NCBI GenBank assembly: GCA_963667845.2
Contig: CAXXVL010000001.1
Span: 352,001 to 416,000 of the forward strand
Direction of reading: 5' to 3'
DNA: 64,000 bases
From: Smithellaceae bacterium
GTDB taxonomy: Bacteria; Desulfobacterota; Syntrophia; Syntrophales; Smithellaceae
Shown here: piece by piece, positions 8,905-18,862 of the stretch
Position numbering within the stretch: position 1 is the stretch's first letter
Layout: each line of letters opens with the position of its first letter
Program-made: the position numbers and the translations under genes
The notes under the pieces: model-generated
Database searches by the model: none
Told to the model about the DNA's origin: nothing
Seen by the model: only the letters and a program-made list of their open reading frames with translations

Positions 8905-10344
8905 ATGAAGTTTAGTTTTAAATGTGTTTTGATGACATCCTTGTTTCTTTTCTTTTCGCTGCTGTTTTTTCCAGGCTCCTCTTTGGCTTCGGCTGATCCT
9001 TTGGGGACATCCAAAGCTGCGTTCGACGTGAACAAAATGGCCGACATGTCCGATTACGACCCATCAAATCCAATCGTCCCCACGGGAGACACGATCAAGA
9101 TTGCCGTTGTAGCTTCTTTTTCCGGGCCGGGCGCGATCAACGGCCAGTTATACTGGATTATGGTGCAATGGGCCGCCCACGATATCAATAAGCGGGGCGG
9201 GATCTTCGTTGACGGCAAAAAGAAGCTGGTCCAGGTCCTGAAAGCCGACCACATGGGAAAACCCGATCAGTGCAAGAAAATCTGTGAAAGAATGATTCTG
9301 CAGGAGAAGGTACATGCCCTGTGGGGTACCGATGGCAGCCACCTGATGAAGATCATCAACGAGGTGGCCAATAAGTACAAAGTCATTTCTCTGAATGCTT
9401 CCGCCGGTGCCGACGATATTCAGGATGCAACAAATTTCGGACGTTACTCCTTCATGACTGCTTTTTCTACCATCCAGCAGGGTCGCGGTATGGCCTATTT
9501 TTATGGTCAGATTCGGAAAAAAGAGAAGAAGTTTTATATCCTGAATCAGGATTACGGAATGGGTCATATCCTTGGGCAGGCCTTCAGAGATGGCCTGAAA
9601 GAGTATTATCCCGAAGCGCAGGTTGTGGGCGAGGATTACCATAAGCTGTTCCTGACGGATTTTGCCCCTTATCTGGAGAAAATAAAAGCCTCCGGAGCTG
9701 AGGTCATTTTCACGGGCGACTGGTCTCCGGATTGTAAGAACCTGCTCAAGCAGGCCCGGCAGATGGGGATAAAGCTTCCCTTTGCCAATGTTTGGATGAG
9801 TGAAGTCGGCATGCTCAAAGAGATCGGCATCGATGGAACCAAGGGATTGATCAACATCAGCCCGTTTGATGTGCCTACCCCGTTTAAAGCGGCGCCAGGA
9901 TATGCCAGGTTTTTTCATACATGGAATAGTCTGTGGAAAAATAAGTGGAAGGAAGTGCCTTACAATAGCCCTGGCTTTGAGCACCTGGTCGGGGCCGGCG
10001 GAACGTGGCTCATGAATACTTATTGGCTGCTGAGCGTTGTGGAGCGTGCCAAGAGCACCGACCCGGAAAAGATTATCAAGATTTGGGAAGATGATACGTA
10101 TCGTTACGTCAACGGGAAGGTCGTCAAGATGCGGGCGTGCGACCACAAAATAATCCAGGATCTCGGCATCGCTGAATACGTTGCGCCCGAACAACAGAAA
10201 TTATCCATGACGATTCCGCCCTATTACTGGTTCAATGACACTTCCTTTACCGGCCCGGTCTACAAGATTCCGGCGGCAAAGGTCATGCCCTGGATGGACC
10301 AGAAGTTGGACCGCTGCAAGGGCAAGGGCAACTGGGGCGAATAA
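8905..10344 (+). CDS. ABC substrate-binding protein, extended ~490 aa LivJ-like paralog family (copy 1)
   Basis: Signal peptide; DTIKIAVVASFSGP...DINKRGGI, GEDYHKLFLTDFAPYL, MRACDHK, LDRCKGKGNWGE. Confidence 0.88.
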   Translation: MKFSFKCVLMTSLFLFFSLLFFPGSSLASADPLGTSKAAFDVNKMADMSDYDPSNPIVPTGDTIKIAVVASFSGPGAINGQLYWIMVQWAAHDINKRGGIFVDGKKKLVQVLKADHMGKPDQCKKICERMILQEKVHALWGTDGSHLMKIINEVANKYKVISLNASAGADDIQDATNFGRYSFMTAFSTIQQGRGMAYFYGQIRKKEKKFYILNQDYGMGHILGQAFRDGLKEYYPEAQVVGEDYHKLFLTDFAPYLEKIKASGAEVIFTGDWSPDCKNLLKQARQMGIKLPFANVWMSEVGMLKEIGIDGTKGLINISPFDVPTPFKAAPGYARFFHTWNSLWKNKWKEVPYNSPGFEHLVGAGGTWLMNTYWLLSVVERAKSTDPEKIIKIWEDDTYRYVNGKVVKMRACDHKIIQDLGIAEYVAPEQQKLSMTIPPYYWFNDTSFTGPVYKIPAAKVMPWMDQKLDRCKGKGNWGE

Positions 10345-10448
10345 ATTTATTCATAGAGAATAACGCAGGGCGTCGGGAAGATACGCTCAAAGAGAGAGCA
10401 CATTTTCCCGGCGCCATTAATTTGTTTACGAAAGGATGCAGCAAGAAA

Positions 10449-11249
10449 ATGGATTTGAAACTGACAGGTAAAACAGCCGTCGTAACGGGTGGAGGACGAG
10501 GAATAGGCAGAGGGATCGCCCTCAGTCTGGCTGCGGAAGGCGCAACGGTCGTCGTGCCGGACCTGACGGCGGAAGATGCCGAAAACGTCGCTCGAGAAAT
10601 CATGGCCCGGGGAGGATCGGGCATGGCGCTCCAAGCGAATGCCGCCGACGAAAAGGAAATCGAACATATTATCGAAAAAACCAAAGAGGCATATGGGGCC
10701 ATCGACATCCTGGTCAATAATGTGGCCGGCGGTACCGGTCCCGTACCGATTGCGCGTATGGCCGTTTTGGATTGGGACCGGGTGATCGAGCTGACCCTGA
10801 AGAGCACATTCCTCTTCTCCCGGGCCATCGCCCGGGAAATGATCCCCCGGAAACAGGGGAGGATCATTAATATCGCATCTCTGGCCGGCAGAATCGGGCA
10901 ACCCCTGATGGGGCCCTACTCCGTCGGGAAATTCGGCGTGGTGGGTCTGACCCAGGTCATGGCCAGGGAACTCGGCCGGTATGCAATTACCGTCAATGCC
11001 GTGTGTCCCGGCTTCGTTTATACTCCCGGGTTTGAAGAAACGTTCATAAAAATGAAGGATATGTATGCGACCTTGAAAGACAAGAGCCCGCAAGAGATTT
11101 TCATGGATACTGTAAAGGAACAAACCGTTCTGGGGCAGCCTCAGACTCCTGAAGACGTGGGAAGCCTTGTCGCATATCTCGCATCCGAAGAAGCAAGAAA
11201 CATCACAGGCCAGGCGATCAGCGTCGATGGCGGTGCTGTCATGCGCTGA
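10449..11249 (+). CDS. Short-chain dehydrogenase/reductase (SDR)
   Basis: TGGGRGIG, NNVAG, YSVGK (YxxxK), VNAVCPG, ITGQAISVDGG. Confidence 0.93.
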   Translation: MDLKLTGKTAVVTGGGRGIGRGIALSLAAEGATVVVPDLTAEDAENVAREIMARGGSGMALQANAADEKEIEHIIEKTKEAYGAIDILVNNVAGGTGPVPIARMAVLDWDRVIELTLKSTFLFSRAIAREMIPRKQGRIINIASLAGRIGQPLMGPYSVGKFGVVGLTQVMARELGRYAITVNAVCPGFVYTPGFEETFIKMKDMYATLKDKSPQEIFMDTVKEQTVLGQPQTPEDVGSLVAYLASEEARNITGQAISVDGGAVMR

Positions 11250-11294
11250 GTGGAGCGCCGCCCGGAAGATACAAAAGAGCAAAGGAGAAGATAT

Positions 11295-13253
11295 ATGAAT
11301 AAACTGGAACGATTACTGTCGCCCATCAGGATCCGGTCCCTGGAGATTGCCAATCGGGTGGTGATGCCGCCCATGGGAACTAGCCTCGCGAACGACGACG
11401 GTACGGTTAGCGAAGCGAATCTGGCCTATATGCGGCGCCGGGCTCAAAGCGGGGCCGGCCTCTATATTACCGAGGTTACAGAGGTCCATCCAAACGGTGC
11501 CAATTCGCCCCAGTGCCTGGGAGCGTGGGATGACAAGTTCGTCCCGGGGCTGGCGCAATTTGCCGATGTTGTCCACGCCCGGGGCGGTAAAATAGCCATG
11601 CAGCTCCATCACTGCGGCCGTGAGAGCCTGTATCAGACCAAGCGAAAAACCGCCCTTGCCCCTTCAGCCATCGGGAGTCACATCTTCGGAGTCATCGGTG
11701 CGCCGCGGGAAATGACTCCGGACGATATCGCCGAAGCCATCGCTGCCTTCGGGGCCGCGGCAAAGCGGGCTAAAATTGCCGGCTATGATGCCGTTGAACT
11801 CCACGGCGCTCATGGTTACCTGCTCATGCAGTTTCTTTCAGCCTTTTCCAATCAACGTACCGACGCCTACGGCGGAGATTTCCGCAGCCGGGCCCGCTTC
11901 ATGATGGAGTGCCTCCGGGAAGTGCGCCGGGAGGTCGGAGAAGACTTTCCCGTCTGGATCCGGATTTCCGGAGCGGAAGAGATCAAGGGCGGTTATACGA
12001 TTGACGATATGGTAACCATTGTTCCCGACCTGATTGCCGCAGGCGCGGACATGCTCCACGTCTCCTTCGGCACCCATGGAAATGCCCAAATCTTCACAGA
12101 TGCCCCCAATCCGAGCGCGCCCATCGAGTATGCGCAAGGTTACCAGGCTCGGCTTGCCCGCAGAATCAAAGAAGTGGCCACTGTTCCGGTAATTGCTGTT
12201 GGTCGCTTCATGGACCCGTATTTCATGGATGAGGTCATTGCCCGGGGAGATGCAGACCTGGTTGCTGTGGGACGTCAGCACCTTGCAGATCCAGATTTTC
12301 TGAAGAACGCCCTGGAAGGCCATCCGGAAGACACCTGCGAATGCCTGGCCTGTAATCAGGGCTGCATCGAGCGGGAAGCCCTGGAGAGGAAGCCGCTCCG
12401 ATGCGCCATTAATCCGGAAACGGGGCAGGAACTGGTCTACCCCGTTTCAAAGGCCGCGACCAGCCGCATGGTCTGGGTGATCGGCGGCGGGCCGGCGGGC
12501 CTGACGGCAGCCTGTGAAGCGGCACGGCTCGGGCACCGGGTGACGCTCTTTGAGAAAGAAAAGGAAACGGGCGGCCAGGTCCGCTATGCGGAAAAAGCGC
12601 CGCATAAGGCAGCCTACGGCAAATGGATCCGCACGCTCGCGGCTAATTGCCGGAAGAAGGGCGTAGATGTCCGCTTGGGCACGGAAGTCACCGAGGCAAT
12701 GATTGCACAGGAAAAGCCGGAGGTCGTCATCCTGGCGATTGGCGCGGACAAAGCAACCTGTCCGGCGGAGGGCATTGGAATGCCGATCGTCTGTGACGCC
12801 TGGCAAATCCTGAATGGGGAAGTTGCACCAAAGGACAACGCCGTGGTTATCGGCGGCGGTTTGGTGGGGATGGAAACAGCCGATTATCTTTGTGGAAAAG
12901 GAATCAAGAATATCACCCTGGTCGAGATGCTGGCCAAAATGCCGGTCGCGCCCATATCGGCGCATGGCGTCATGCTCCACCGACGATTGAAAGCCGCCGG
13001 GGCAAGGCTGATGTTCAACACCATAGTGAAGAGGATCGAAGAAGGCGTTGTCCATGTCAGTACAGGCGGCGAAGACAGCAAGATTGAGCCGGTGAACCAG
13101 GTGATCATCGCCGTAGGCGTCACCTCAAGGCAGGGACTAAAGGCGATGCTCGAAAGAGAAAATATCCGTCATTTCATCATCGGTGATGCAAAAGAGCCGC
13201 GCCGTATAATCGAAGCGACAGAAGAAGGGGCTGCGGCCGCCTGGGCGATCTGA
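11295..13253 (+). CDS. NADH:flavin oxidoreductase (Old Yellow Enzyme family; 2,4-dienoyl-CoA reductase/BaiCD-BaiH-like, FMN+FeS+FAD)
   Basis: AAGGAG RBS; NRVVMPPM, ELHGAHGYLL, NQRTDAYGG, CLACNQGC...C cluster motif, two GGG dinucleotide-binding folds. Confidence 0.92.
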   Translation: MNKLERLLSPIRIRSLEIANRVVMPPMGTSLANDDGTVSEANLAYMRRRAQSGAGLYITEVTEVHPNGANSPQCLGAWDDKFVPGLAQFADVVHARGGKIAMQLHHCGRESLYQTKRKTALAPSAIGSHIFGVIGAPREMTPDDIAEAIAAFGAAAKRAKIAGYDAVELHGAHGYLLMQFLSAFSNQRTDAYGGDFRSRARFMMECLREVRREVGEDFPVWIRISGAEEIKGGYTIDDMVTIVPDLIAAGADMLHVSFGTHGNAQIFTDAPNPSAPIEYAQGYQARLARRIKEVATVPVIAVGRFMDPYFMDEVIARGDADLVAVGRQHLADPDFLKNALEGHPEDTCECLACNQGCIEREALERKPLRCAINPETGQELVYPVSKAATSRMVWVIGGGPAGLTAACEAARLGHRVTLFEKEKETGGQVRYAEKAPHKAAYGKWIRTLAANCRKKGVDVRLGTEVTEAMIAQEKPEVVILAIGADKATCPAEGIGMPIVCDAWQILNGEVAPKDNAVVIGGGLVGMETADYLCGKGIKNITLVEMLAKMPVAPISAHGVMLHRRLKAAGARLMFNTIVKRIEEGVVHVSTGGEDSKIEPVNQVIIAVGVTSRQGLKAMLERENIRHFIIGDAKEPRRIIEATEEGAAAAWAI

Positions 13254-13275
13254 GCCCGGCCGGGCCGGGTAAACT
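13156..13275 (+). repeat. Direct repeat copy A (3' end of the OYE gene plus downstream GC palindrome)
   Basis: Matches 16159-16278 with 11 mismatches in 120 bp by manual alignment. Confidence 0.9.
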
Positions 13276-13483
13276 CTAAAGAGTCACGGTCCTTGCCGAA
13301 AGCGGCAGTTTCTTAAAGGACCGCAGGCAGGAAGCGCAAATCCGGAGGCTGCCTGAAAAATTCAGGACGGATCAGCAATATGACCTGACCGGATTATCGG
13401 TATCTGTGACGGACAAAACGGGGAATCATGCCGAAAACGGTAAAATCAAGAAATTAAGAGATATAGAGAAAGGAACAACCCAT

Positions 13484-15022
13484 ATGATTAAGACAGTAGA
13501 ACAGTATTTGGAAAGCTTGAATGACGGCCGGGAAGTCTGGTGCCTGGGAGAAAAGGTTAAGGATGTCCGAACCCATCCAAGCGTGAGCACCATCATCAGA
13601 ACGGCGACCATGGACTATGTCCTGCCCAACCATCCCGATTATCGGCATCTCTTTGTGACCAAAGACAAAGACGGCGAGGACATCAATTTCCTGCTCACCT
13701 CTCCGAGAACGTCGGAAGAAATGCTCCGAAGGCGGGAATGCTACACCGTCGGCATCCGGTCCGGCGGCGGCGTGATTGTGCACTGCATGGGTGCTGATGC
13801 GCTGGCAGCCTTTTCCGTTGCCGCCCAGGTCATGGACAAGAACCTGGGGACTGGATACATAGAGCGCGTCGAGAATTACCGCAGATATCTGCAGAAGAAC
13901 GACTTGGCCATCACCGGCGCGATCACCGATGTCAAGGGAGACCGAAGCCTCCATCCTTCAAAACAGAAGCAACACCAGGACTTTTACCTGAAGATCGTGG
14001 ACAGACGGAAGGATGGCATTGTGGTTCGGGGTGCCAAAGTGCATATCAGCGCCTCTCCCTGCGCCAATGAACTCCTCTGCCTGCCCTGCCGAACGCATGG
14101 TGAGGCGGACAAGGACTATGCCCTGGGCTTTGCTGTATCCGTTAACACGCCCGGTGTCAAACTTTTAGGCGTCGAGCCGAACTTCCGGCTTTACGGAGAC
14201 GAGTGCGAATTTGACTATCCCGTTTCGGACCATATGCAACCGTCAGAATCCCTGATCATCTTCGACGACGTCTTCGTACCCTGGGAACGGGTCTTCATGT
14301 GCGGCGAGTGGCAGTACTCCCAGGTCCTGGCCTATGCCTTCGCCAGTTATCACCGCCTCTTCGGCACCTGCAAAATGACGGGGACCCTCGAAACCATGAC
14401 CGGAGCAGCGAGTCTGATCGCCGAGTATAACGGCGTCCAGAATGTCCCGCACGTGCGCAAGAAGCTGGCCTGGATGGCCTATATTACGGAAACGGTGCAG
14501 ATGCTGGGCAAACAAGCCTGCCTCGAGCCGATGACCGAGTTCGGCATGGACGTGATGATGCCCAACCGTATGGCCATCAATGCGTCGAAGTTCACCTATG
14601 CGAGCAATATCCACACCATGTGCCAGCACATGCAGGATATCGGCGGCGGCTTGACCACGACGGTGCCGACTTTCCGGGACTGGAAAAATCCCGATATCCA
14701 GCCCTACATCGAAAAGTACCTGGCGGCCAAAGACGGCGTGTCCACGGAGGACCGGATTCGCATTTTGCGGCTCATCAAGGACATCACCGGGAATCACTAT
14801 CAGATCGACACCATTCACGGCGAAGGATCCATGGCTGCCCAGGAGATGTTCCTCTATACCAGCGCCAACTGGAAAAAGCTCCAATCGGCGGCGAAACGGG
14901 CGGCCCATGTCGACGGGTGGCAGGATGATACGACCTATGGGAAGCTGCCGCTACGGAAGGATTTCGTAAAAATGCCGCCGATCGATGAATCATATCAGAG
15001 CATTGCGAAAACAGCAAAGTAG
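13484..15022 (+). CDS. 4-hydroxybutyryl-CoA dehydratase (AbfD)/HpaB family protein, divergent (copy 1)
   Basis: TVEQYLESL, GAITDVKGDRS, DGIVVRGAKVH, IIFDDVFVPWERVF, HGEGS motifs; RBS AAGGA before ATG 13484. Confidence 0.88.
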   Translation: MIKTVEQYLESLNDGREVWCLGEKVKDVRTHPSVSTIIRTATMDYVLPNHPDYRHLFVTKDKDGEDINFLLTSPRTSEEMLRRRECYTVGIRSGGGVIVHCMGADALAAFSVAAQVMDKNLGTGYIERVENYRRYLQKNDLAITGAITDVKGDRSLHPSKQKQHQDFYLKIVDRRKDGIVVRGAKVHISASPCANELLCLPCRTHGEADKDYALGFAVSVNTPGVKLLGVEPNFRLYGDECEFDYPVSDHMQPSESLIIFDDVFVPWERVFMCGEWQYSQVLAYAFASYHRLFGTCKMTGTLETMTGAASLIAEYNGVQNVPHVRKKLAWMAYITETVQMLGKQACLEPMTEFGMDVMMPNRMAINASKFTYASNIHTMCQHMQDIGGGLTTTVPTFRDWKNPDIQPYIEKYLAAKDGVSTEDRIRILRLIKDITGNHYQIDTIHGEGSMAAQEMFLYTSANWKKLQSAAKRAAHVDGWQDDTTYGKLPLRKDFVKMPPIDESYQSIAKTAK

Positions 15023-15221
15023 TAACCCGCCTGGGAGATGTTGCATGCAGGAAACTGAGTGCCGCGTTGATTACGGACTTTGCGATTATCCTTTCAGCAG
15101 AGATGATGAAGCTTTGCAGGCAGCGACGGGCACAATCATTCATTTCGGGAAAAGATTATTTCGGCACAAATAATGTCATCTATTCCGGCAGAGCCGGGAA
15201 GAATAGTAATTAGGGGAATTT

Positions 15222-16142
15222 ATGAAAAAAGCGATTTATTACGGTATCCGGGACGTCCGGGTGGAAGACGTTCCGGAGCCGGTGCCGGGTCCCGGCGAGG
15301 TCAAGGTAAAGATCAAATACTGCGGCATTTGCGGGTCCGATCTGCACGAATATCTGCACGGCAGTTTTCCCGAGAGCCCTTTCGGACATGAGGCCTGCGG
15401 CGCCATCGTCGCACTGGGTGAAGGCGTCAAGGGTTATCAAATCGGGGACCGGGTCTGTACCATCATCAACGGCTCTTACGCGGAAGCATCTGTCTGCACC
15501 CTGGATCGGCTGATCAAAATTCCCGATGACATGGAGTGGCAACGGGCCGCGGTGCTTGAGCCCTTGGCCGGGGCTGCGTACGCCATTGAACGCGGCCGCG
15601 TCAACGCCGAAGATACGGTGTTTATTGCCGGCGCCGGAACGGTGGGGTTGATGCTGCTGCTGGGTCTCAAGGCCATGGGCGTCCGGACGGTCTTCATGAC
15701 CGATGTCCTGGAAAACAGGAGAAAAAAGGCCTTGGAACTCGGGGCGACACTGGCGTGGAATCCTCTGGAGATCAAAAGCCCGGCGAAAATAAAGGAGCTG
15801 ACGCGAGGACAGGGAGTGGACATAGCCATCGAGGCCGTCGGCATCGAGGCGACACTCAAGGACTGTCTGGCCTCGGCGCGCCGCCGGGGAACCGTTATCG
15901 TCCAGGGGATCTTCACCGAAAAGGCCATGGTCCACATGCTGGGCTTCGTGACCCGGGAGACCACCATGATCGGGACCAATTACATCAATCCCGCTCTGGC
16001 CATGAGCTGGCTCGGCGCGGGGACGATCAAACCCGAGAGCATCATCACGGATATTATCCCCCTGGACAAGATCGTCGGCGGCGGCTTCGAGGTCCTGGCC
16101 GGAAAAAGTGAGAGAAGCATTAAAATTCTTGTCGAACCGTAA
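15222..16142 (+). CDS. Zn-dependent medium-chain alcohol dehydrogenase (BDH-like), lacking the structural-Zn loop
   Basis: CGICGSDLH, GHE, GAGTVG motifs; the 4-Cys lobe is absent after GDRV. Confidence 0.88.
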   Translation: MKKAIYYGIRDVRVEDVPEPVPGPGEVKVKIKYCGICGSDLHEYLHGSFPESPFGHEACGAIVALGEGVKGYQIGDRVCTIINGSYAEASVCTLDRLIKIPDDMEWQRAAVLEPLAGAAYAIERGRVNAEDTVFIAGAGTVGLMLLLGLKAMGVRTVFMTDVLENRRKKALELGATLAWNPLEIKSPAKIKELTRGQGVDIAIEAVGIEATLKDCLASARRRGTVIVQGIFTEKAMVHMLGFVTRETTMIGTNYINPALAMSWLGAGTIKPESIITDIIPLDKIVGGGFEVLAGKSERSIKILVEP

Positions 16143-16158
16143 ATAAGTCCTTTCTTCG

Positions 16159-16278
16159 GAGAGAATATCCTTCATTTCATCGTCGGTGATGTAAAAGAGC
16201 CGCGACGCATCATCGAAGCGACGGAAGAAGGGGCCGCGGCCGCCTGGGCGATCTGAGCCCGGCCGGGCCGGATGAACT
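16159..16278 (+). repeat. Direct repeat copy B: orphan 3' end of the OYE gene
   Basis: Encodes ...HFIVGDVKEPRRIIEATEEGAAAAWAI* with no upstream gene body; about 91% identical to 13156-13275. Confidence 0.9.
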
Positions 16279-16297
16279 TGTAAAGGAGATATTTTGC

Positions 16298-17962
16298 GTG
16301 GAAAACAGACCCTGGCAGAAATTATACGATTTCAATGTGCCGAAGAGCATTCGCTACCCCAGAGTGCCCATACAGAATTTATTCCATCTGACCGCCGCCA
16401 CATTTCCCGATAAGGCAGCGCTCAGCATGGGCGGAAGCGAGCTGACCTTCTGGCAATTGCGGGAGCAGATGCTGCGTCTGGCCAATGCCCTCGGGAAAAT
16501 GGGTATTGGGAAAGGTGATCGGGTGGGGCTGCACATGCCCAACTGTCCGCAGTTCGTCATTGCGTACCTGGCCACCCTTTCCGTCGGGGCCATCGTGGTG
16601 AACATGAATCCCCAGTATACCCGCGAAGAACTCAAATTCATCATGGAGAATACGACGATGACGGCGCTCGTTACGTCTGATGCCTCGCTTTCCGTCATCC
16701 GGCCGCTGGCCGAGGAAGTTGGGCTTAAAAAGGTGATCGTAACCAGCATCAAGGATTATATGGCTGAAGCAGTCAGGACTACTTCCCACAGCCTTGATCT
16801 GGAGGAAGGTTGGGCGCATTTCTCCGAACTGATTGCGGGATGTTCCGATACGGGACTTCCCAAAATACCCTTTGTTCCACAGGATCCCGCCGTTATCCAA
16901 TTCACGGGCGGTACGACCGGGGTGCCCAAGGGAGCTGTCCTGACCCACGCCAATGTCGTGGCTGCTGTTTTTCAAGCGACGCAATGGGCGAACCCCGTTC
17001 TGGAAAGAATCCCGTATGCGCAGCGGACCGTCGCGGGTGTTATCCCGTATTTCCATGTCTATGGGGCCGTTTGCTGCATGAATTGCGGGCTCTATTCCGG
17101 TTCTACACAATACCTCATGCCCCGCTTCGACCTTGATGAACTCATGGACCTGATTGCCAAGCTGAACCATATTACTTTTTTCCCGGCTGTCCCGACGATG
17201 ATCACGGCCATTGTCAATCATCCCCAAGCGGACAGGCTCGATCTCGGGAAAAAAATCGGCGTTCTCAATTCCGGCGGCGCCCCTATGCCCGCCGAACTTA
17301 TCGATCGCGTGAAAGACATGGGGATCTTCTTTTGCGAAGGTTGGGGAATGAGTGAAACCACATCCACCGGGACATCTAACCCGTTCATGGCCAACAGGGT
17401 TGGATCTATCGGCATCCCCGTCCCGGATAATATCGTCAGACTCATGGATGTAGTAACCGGCGGAGAAGATGTTAAACCGGGCGAGCCGGGGGAAATCATC
17501 ATCAAGGGGCCTGCCGTCATGCAGGGCTACTGGAACAATCCGGAAGAGACGGAGAAACAATTGAAAGACGGCTGGCTCAGTACGGGCGATATCGCTGTTG
17601 CCGATGAGGACGGTTATCTTTACATCGTGGATCGAAAGAAAGACATGATTATCGCCGGCGGCTTCAACATCTATCCCCGGGAAGTGGATGAGGTGCTGTA
17701 CCGGCATCCCAAGGTAAGTGAGGCGATCACTGTCGGGATTCCGGACGCGTACCGCGGGGAAACGCTCAAGGCTTATATAGTTCTGAAACCAGGTGAGGCC
17801 GTGACGGATAAAGAGATTATCGCCTTCTGCAGGGAAAAGCTGACCGCCTATAAGGTGCCGAAGCTCGTTGAATTCCGGACGGAGCTGCCTAAATCGGCGG
17901 TTGGCAAAATTCTCCGGAAGATGCTGCGAGAAGAGGAAGCTGCAAAAGGACAGAGGATTTGA
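16298..17962 (+). CDS. Long-chain-fatty-acid--CoA ligase (FadD-like)
   Basis: AAGGAG RBS and GTG start; QFTGGTTGVPKG, EGWGMSE, DRKKDMII; close paralog of the 2926 and 52816 ligases. Confidence 0.93.
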   Translation: MENRPWQKLYDFNVPKSIRYPRVPIQNLFHLTAATFPDKAALSMGGSELTFWQLREQMLRLANALGKMGIGKGDRVGLHMPNCPQFVIAYLATLSVGAIVVNMNPQYTREELKFIMENTTMTALVTSDASLSVIRPLAEEVGLKKVIVTSIKDYMAEAVRTTSHSLDLEEGWAHFSELIAGCSDTGLPKIPFVPQDPAVIQFTGGTTGVPKGAVLTHANVVAAVFQATQWANPVLERIPYAQRTVAGVIPYFHVYGAVCCMNCGLYSGSTQYLMPRFDLDELMDLIAKLNHITFFPAVPTMITAIVNHPQADRLDLGKKIGVLNSGGAPMPAELIDRVKDMGIFFCEGWGMSETTSTGTSNPFMANRVGSIGIPVPDNIVRLMDVVTGGEDVKPGEPGEIIIKGPAVMQGYWNNPEETEKQLKDGWLSTGDIAVADEDGYLYIVDRKKDMIIAGGFNIYPREVDEVLYRHPKVSEAITVGIPDAYRGETLKAYIVLKPGEAVTDKEIIAFCREKLTAYKVPKLVEFRTELPKSAVGKILRKMLREEEAAKGQRI

Positions 17963-17968
17963 TCAAGC

Positions 17969-18835
17969 ATGCAATGGAAAACCAGAATAACGGAATTGCT
18001 CCAGTGTCGGTATCCGATTCTGCAGGGCGCAACGGAGACAATCGGGACATGGCCGTTTGCCGCCGCCGTCGCTGAATCGGGTGCGCACGGAACCATTACC
18101 GCATCAATCTGCAAAACACCGGAAAGGCTGCGCGACGATATCAGGAAGTGCCGCAACGCAACAGCTGGATCATTCGGCGTCAATTTAAGCATAGGGCTAT
18201 GCCCCCGCATTGATGAAATGCTGGAGGTGTGCATCGAAGAGAGGGTTCCGATCGAAACATCAATTTACAAGCCCGATGCTTTGGCGAAGCGCATCAAGGA
18301 ATCGAAATTACCCTGGATTCATAAATCGGCCCGGATCAAGGATGCCGTCCATGCCCGGGAAGCAGGAGTGGACGCGGTCATCCTGGTTGGCGCCGAAGGC
18401 GCCGGCATCAAGAATCCGGAACAGCTGCCGACCCTGACGACCATCCTGTGGGGCGTCCGGGAATTAAAAATACCGGTGATCGCCGCGGGGGGTATCGGAG
18501 ATGCCCACAGTTTTTTTGCGGCTCTCACTCTCGGGGCGGAAGGCGTAACGATGGGAAGCGCATTTATGGCCACCCGGGAATGTCCGATCGGCGATGAGTT
18601 CAAGGAACGAATGCTGAAACTGAGACTGGACGATCCTGCTTTCCGCAGCCGCGTGCTGACTCCGGCGCCTTTTGACAGAAGCGCAATGAACCGGCCCTCG
18701 CCCGATCAGATAGACTGGAGCGAGGCCGCCTCGTTTGCCGTGACCTCGATTGACCGGATACTCAGAGTAAAAGAGCTTGTCGAAAACATCATCCGGGGGG
18801 CCGAGGAGATCCGGAGCCGCTACGGCCTGAAATAG
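17969..18835 (+). CDS. Nitronate monooxygenase / FabK-like FMN enzyme
   Basis: KTRITELL..YPILQG, FGVNL, IPVIAAGGIGD, GAEGVTMGSAFMATRE. Confidence 0.88.
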   Translation: MQWKTRITELLQCRYPILQGATETIGTWPFAAAVAESGAHGTITASICKTPERLRDDIRKCRNATAGSFGVNLSIGLCPRIDEMLEVCIEERVPIETSIYKPDALAKRIKESKLPWIHKSARIKDAVHAREAGVDAVILVGAEGAGIKNPEQLPTLTTILWGVRELKIPVIAAGGIGDAHSFFAALTLGAEGVTMGSAFMATRECPIGDEFKERMLKLRLDDPAFRSRVLTPAPFDRSAMNRPSPDQIDWSEAASFAVTSIDRILRVKELVENIIRGAEEIRSRYGLK

Positions 18836-18862
18836 AATAAATACGATTTAAGGAGATACGAA

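Noticed and set aside
11247..11297. The SDR stop (TGA) is immediately followed in frame by the OYE ORF, suggesting readthrough or a selenocysteine fusion
   Set aside because: The SDR ends at its normal C-terminus, the OYE has its own AAGGAG RBS and ATG at 11295, and no SECIS-like hairpin is evident
13280..13360. Hairpins with a GAAA loop and GCGCAAA upstream of the AbfD-like gene, reminiscent of a c-di-GMP-I riboswitch
   Set aside because: The required order and adjacency of the GGCAAAC/GAAA/GACGCAAA elements are not met; an Rfam scan would be needed
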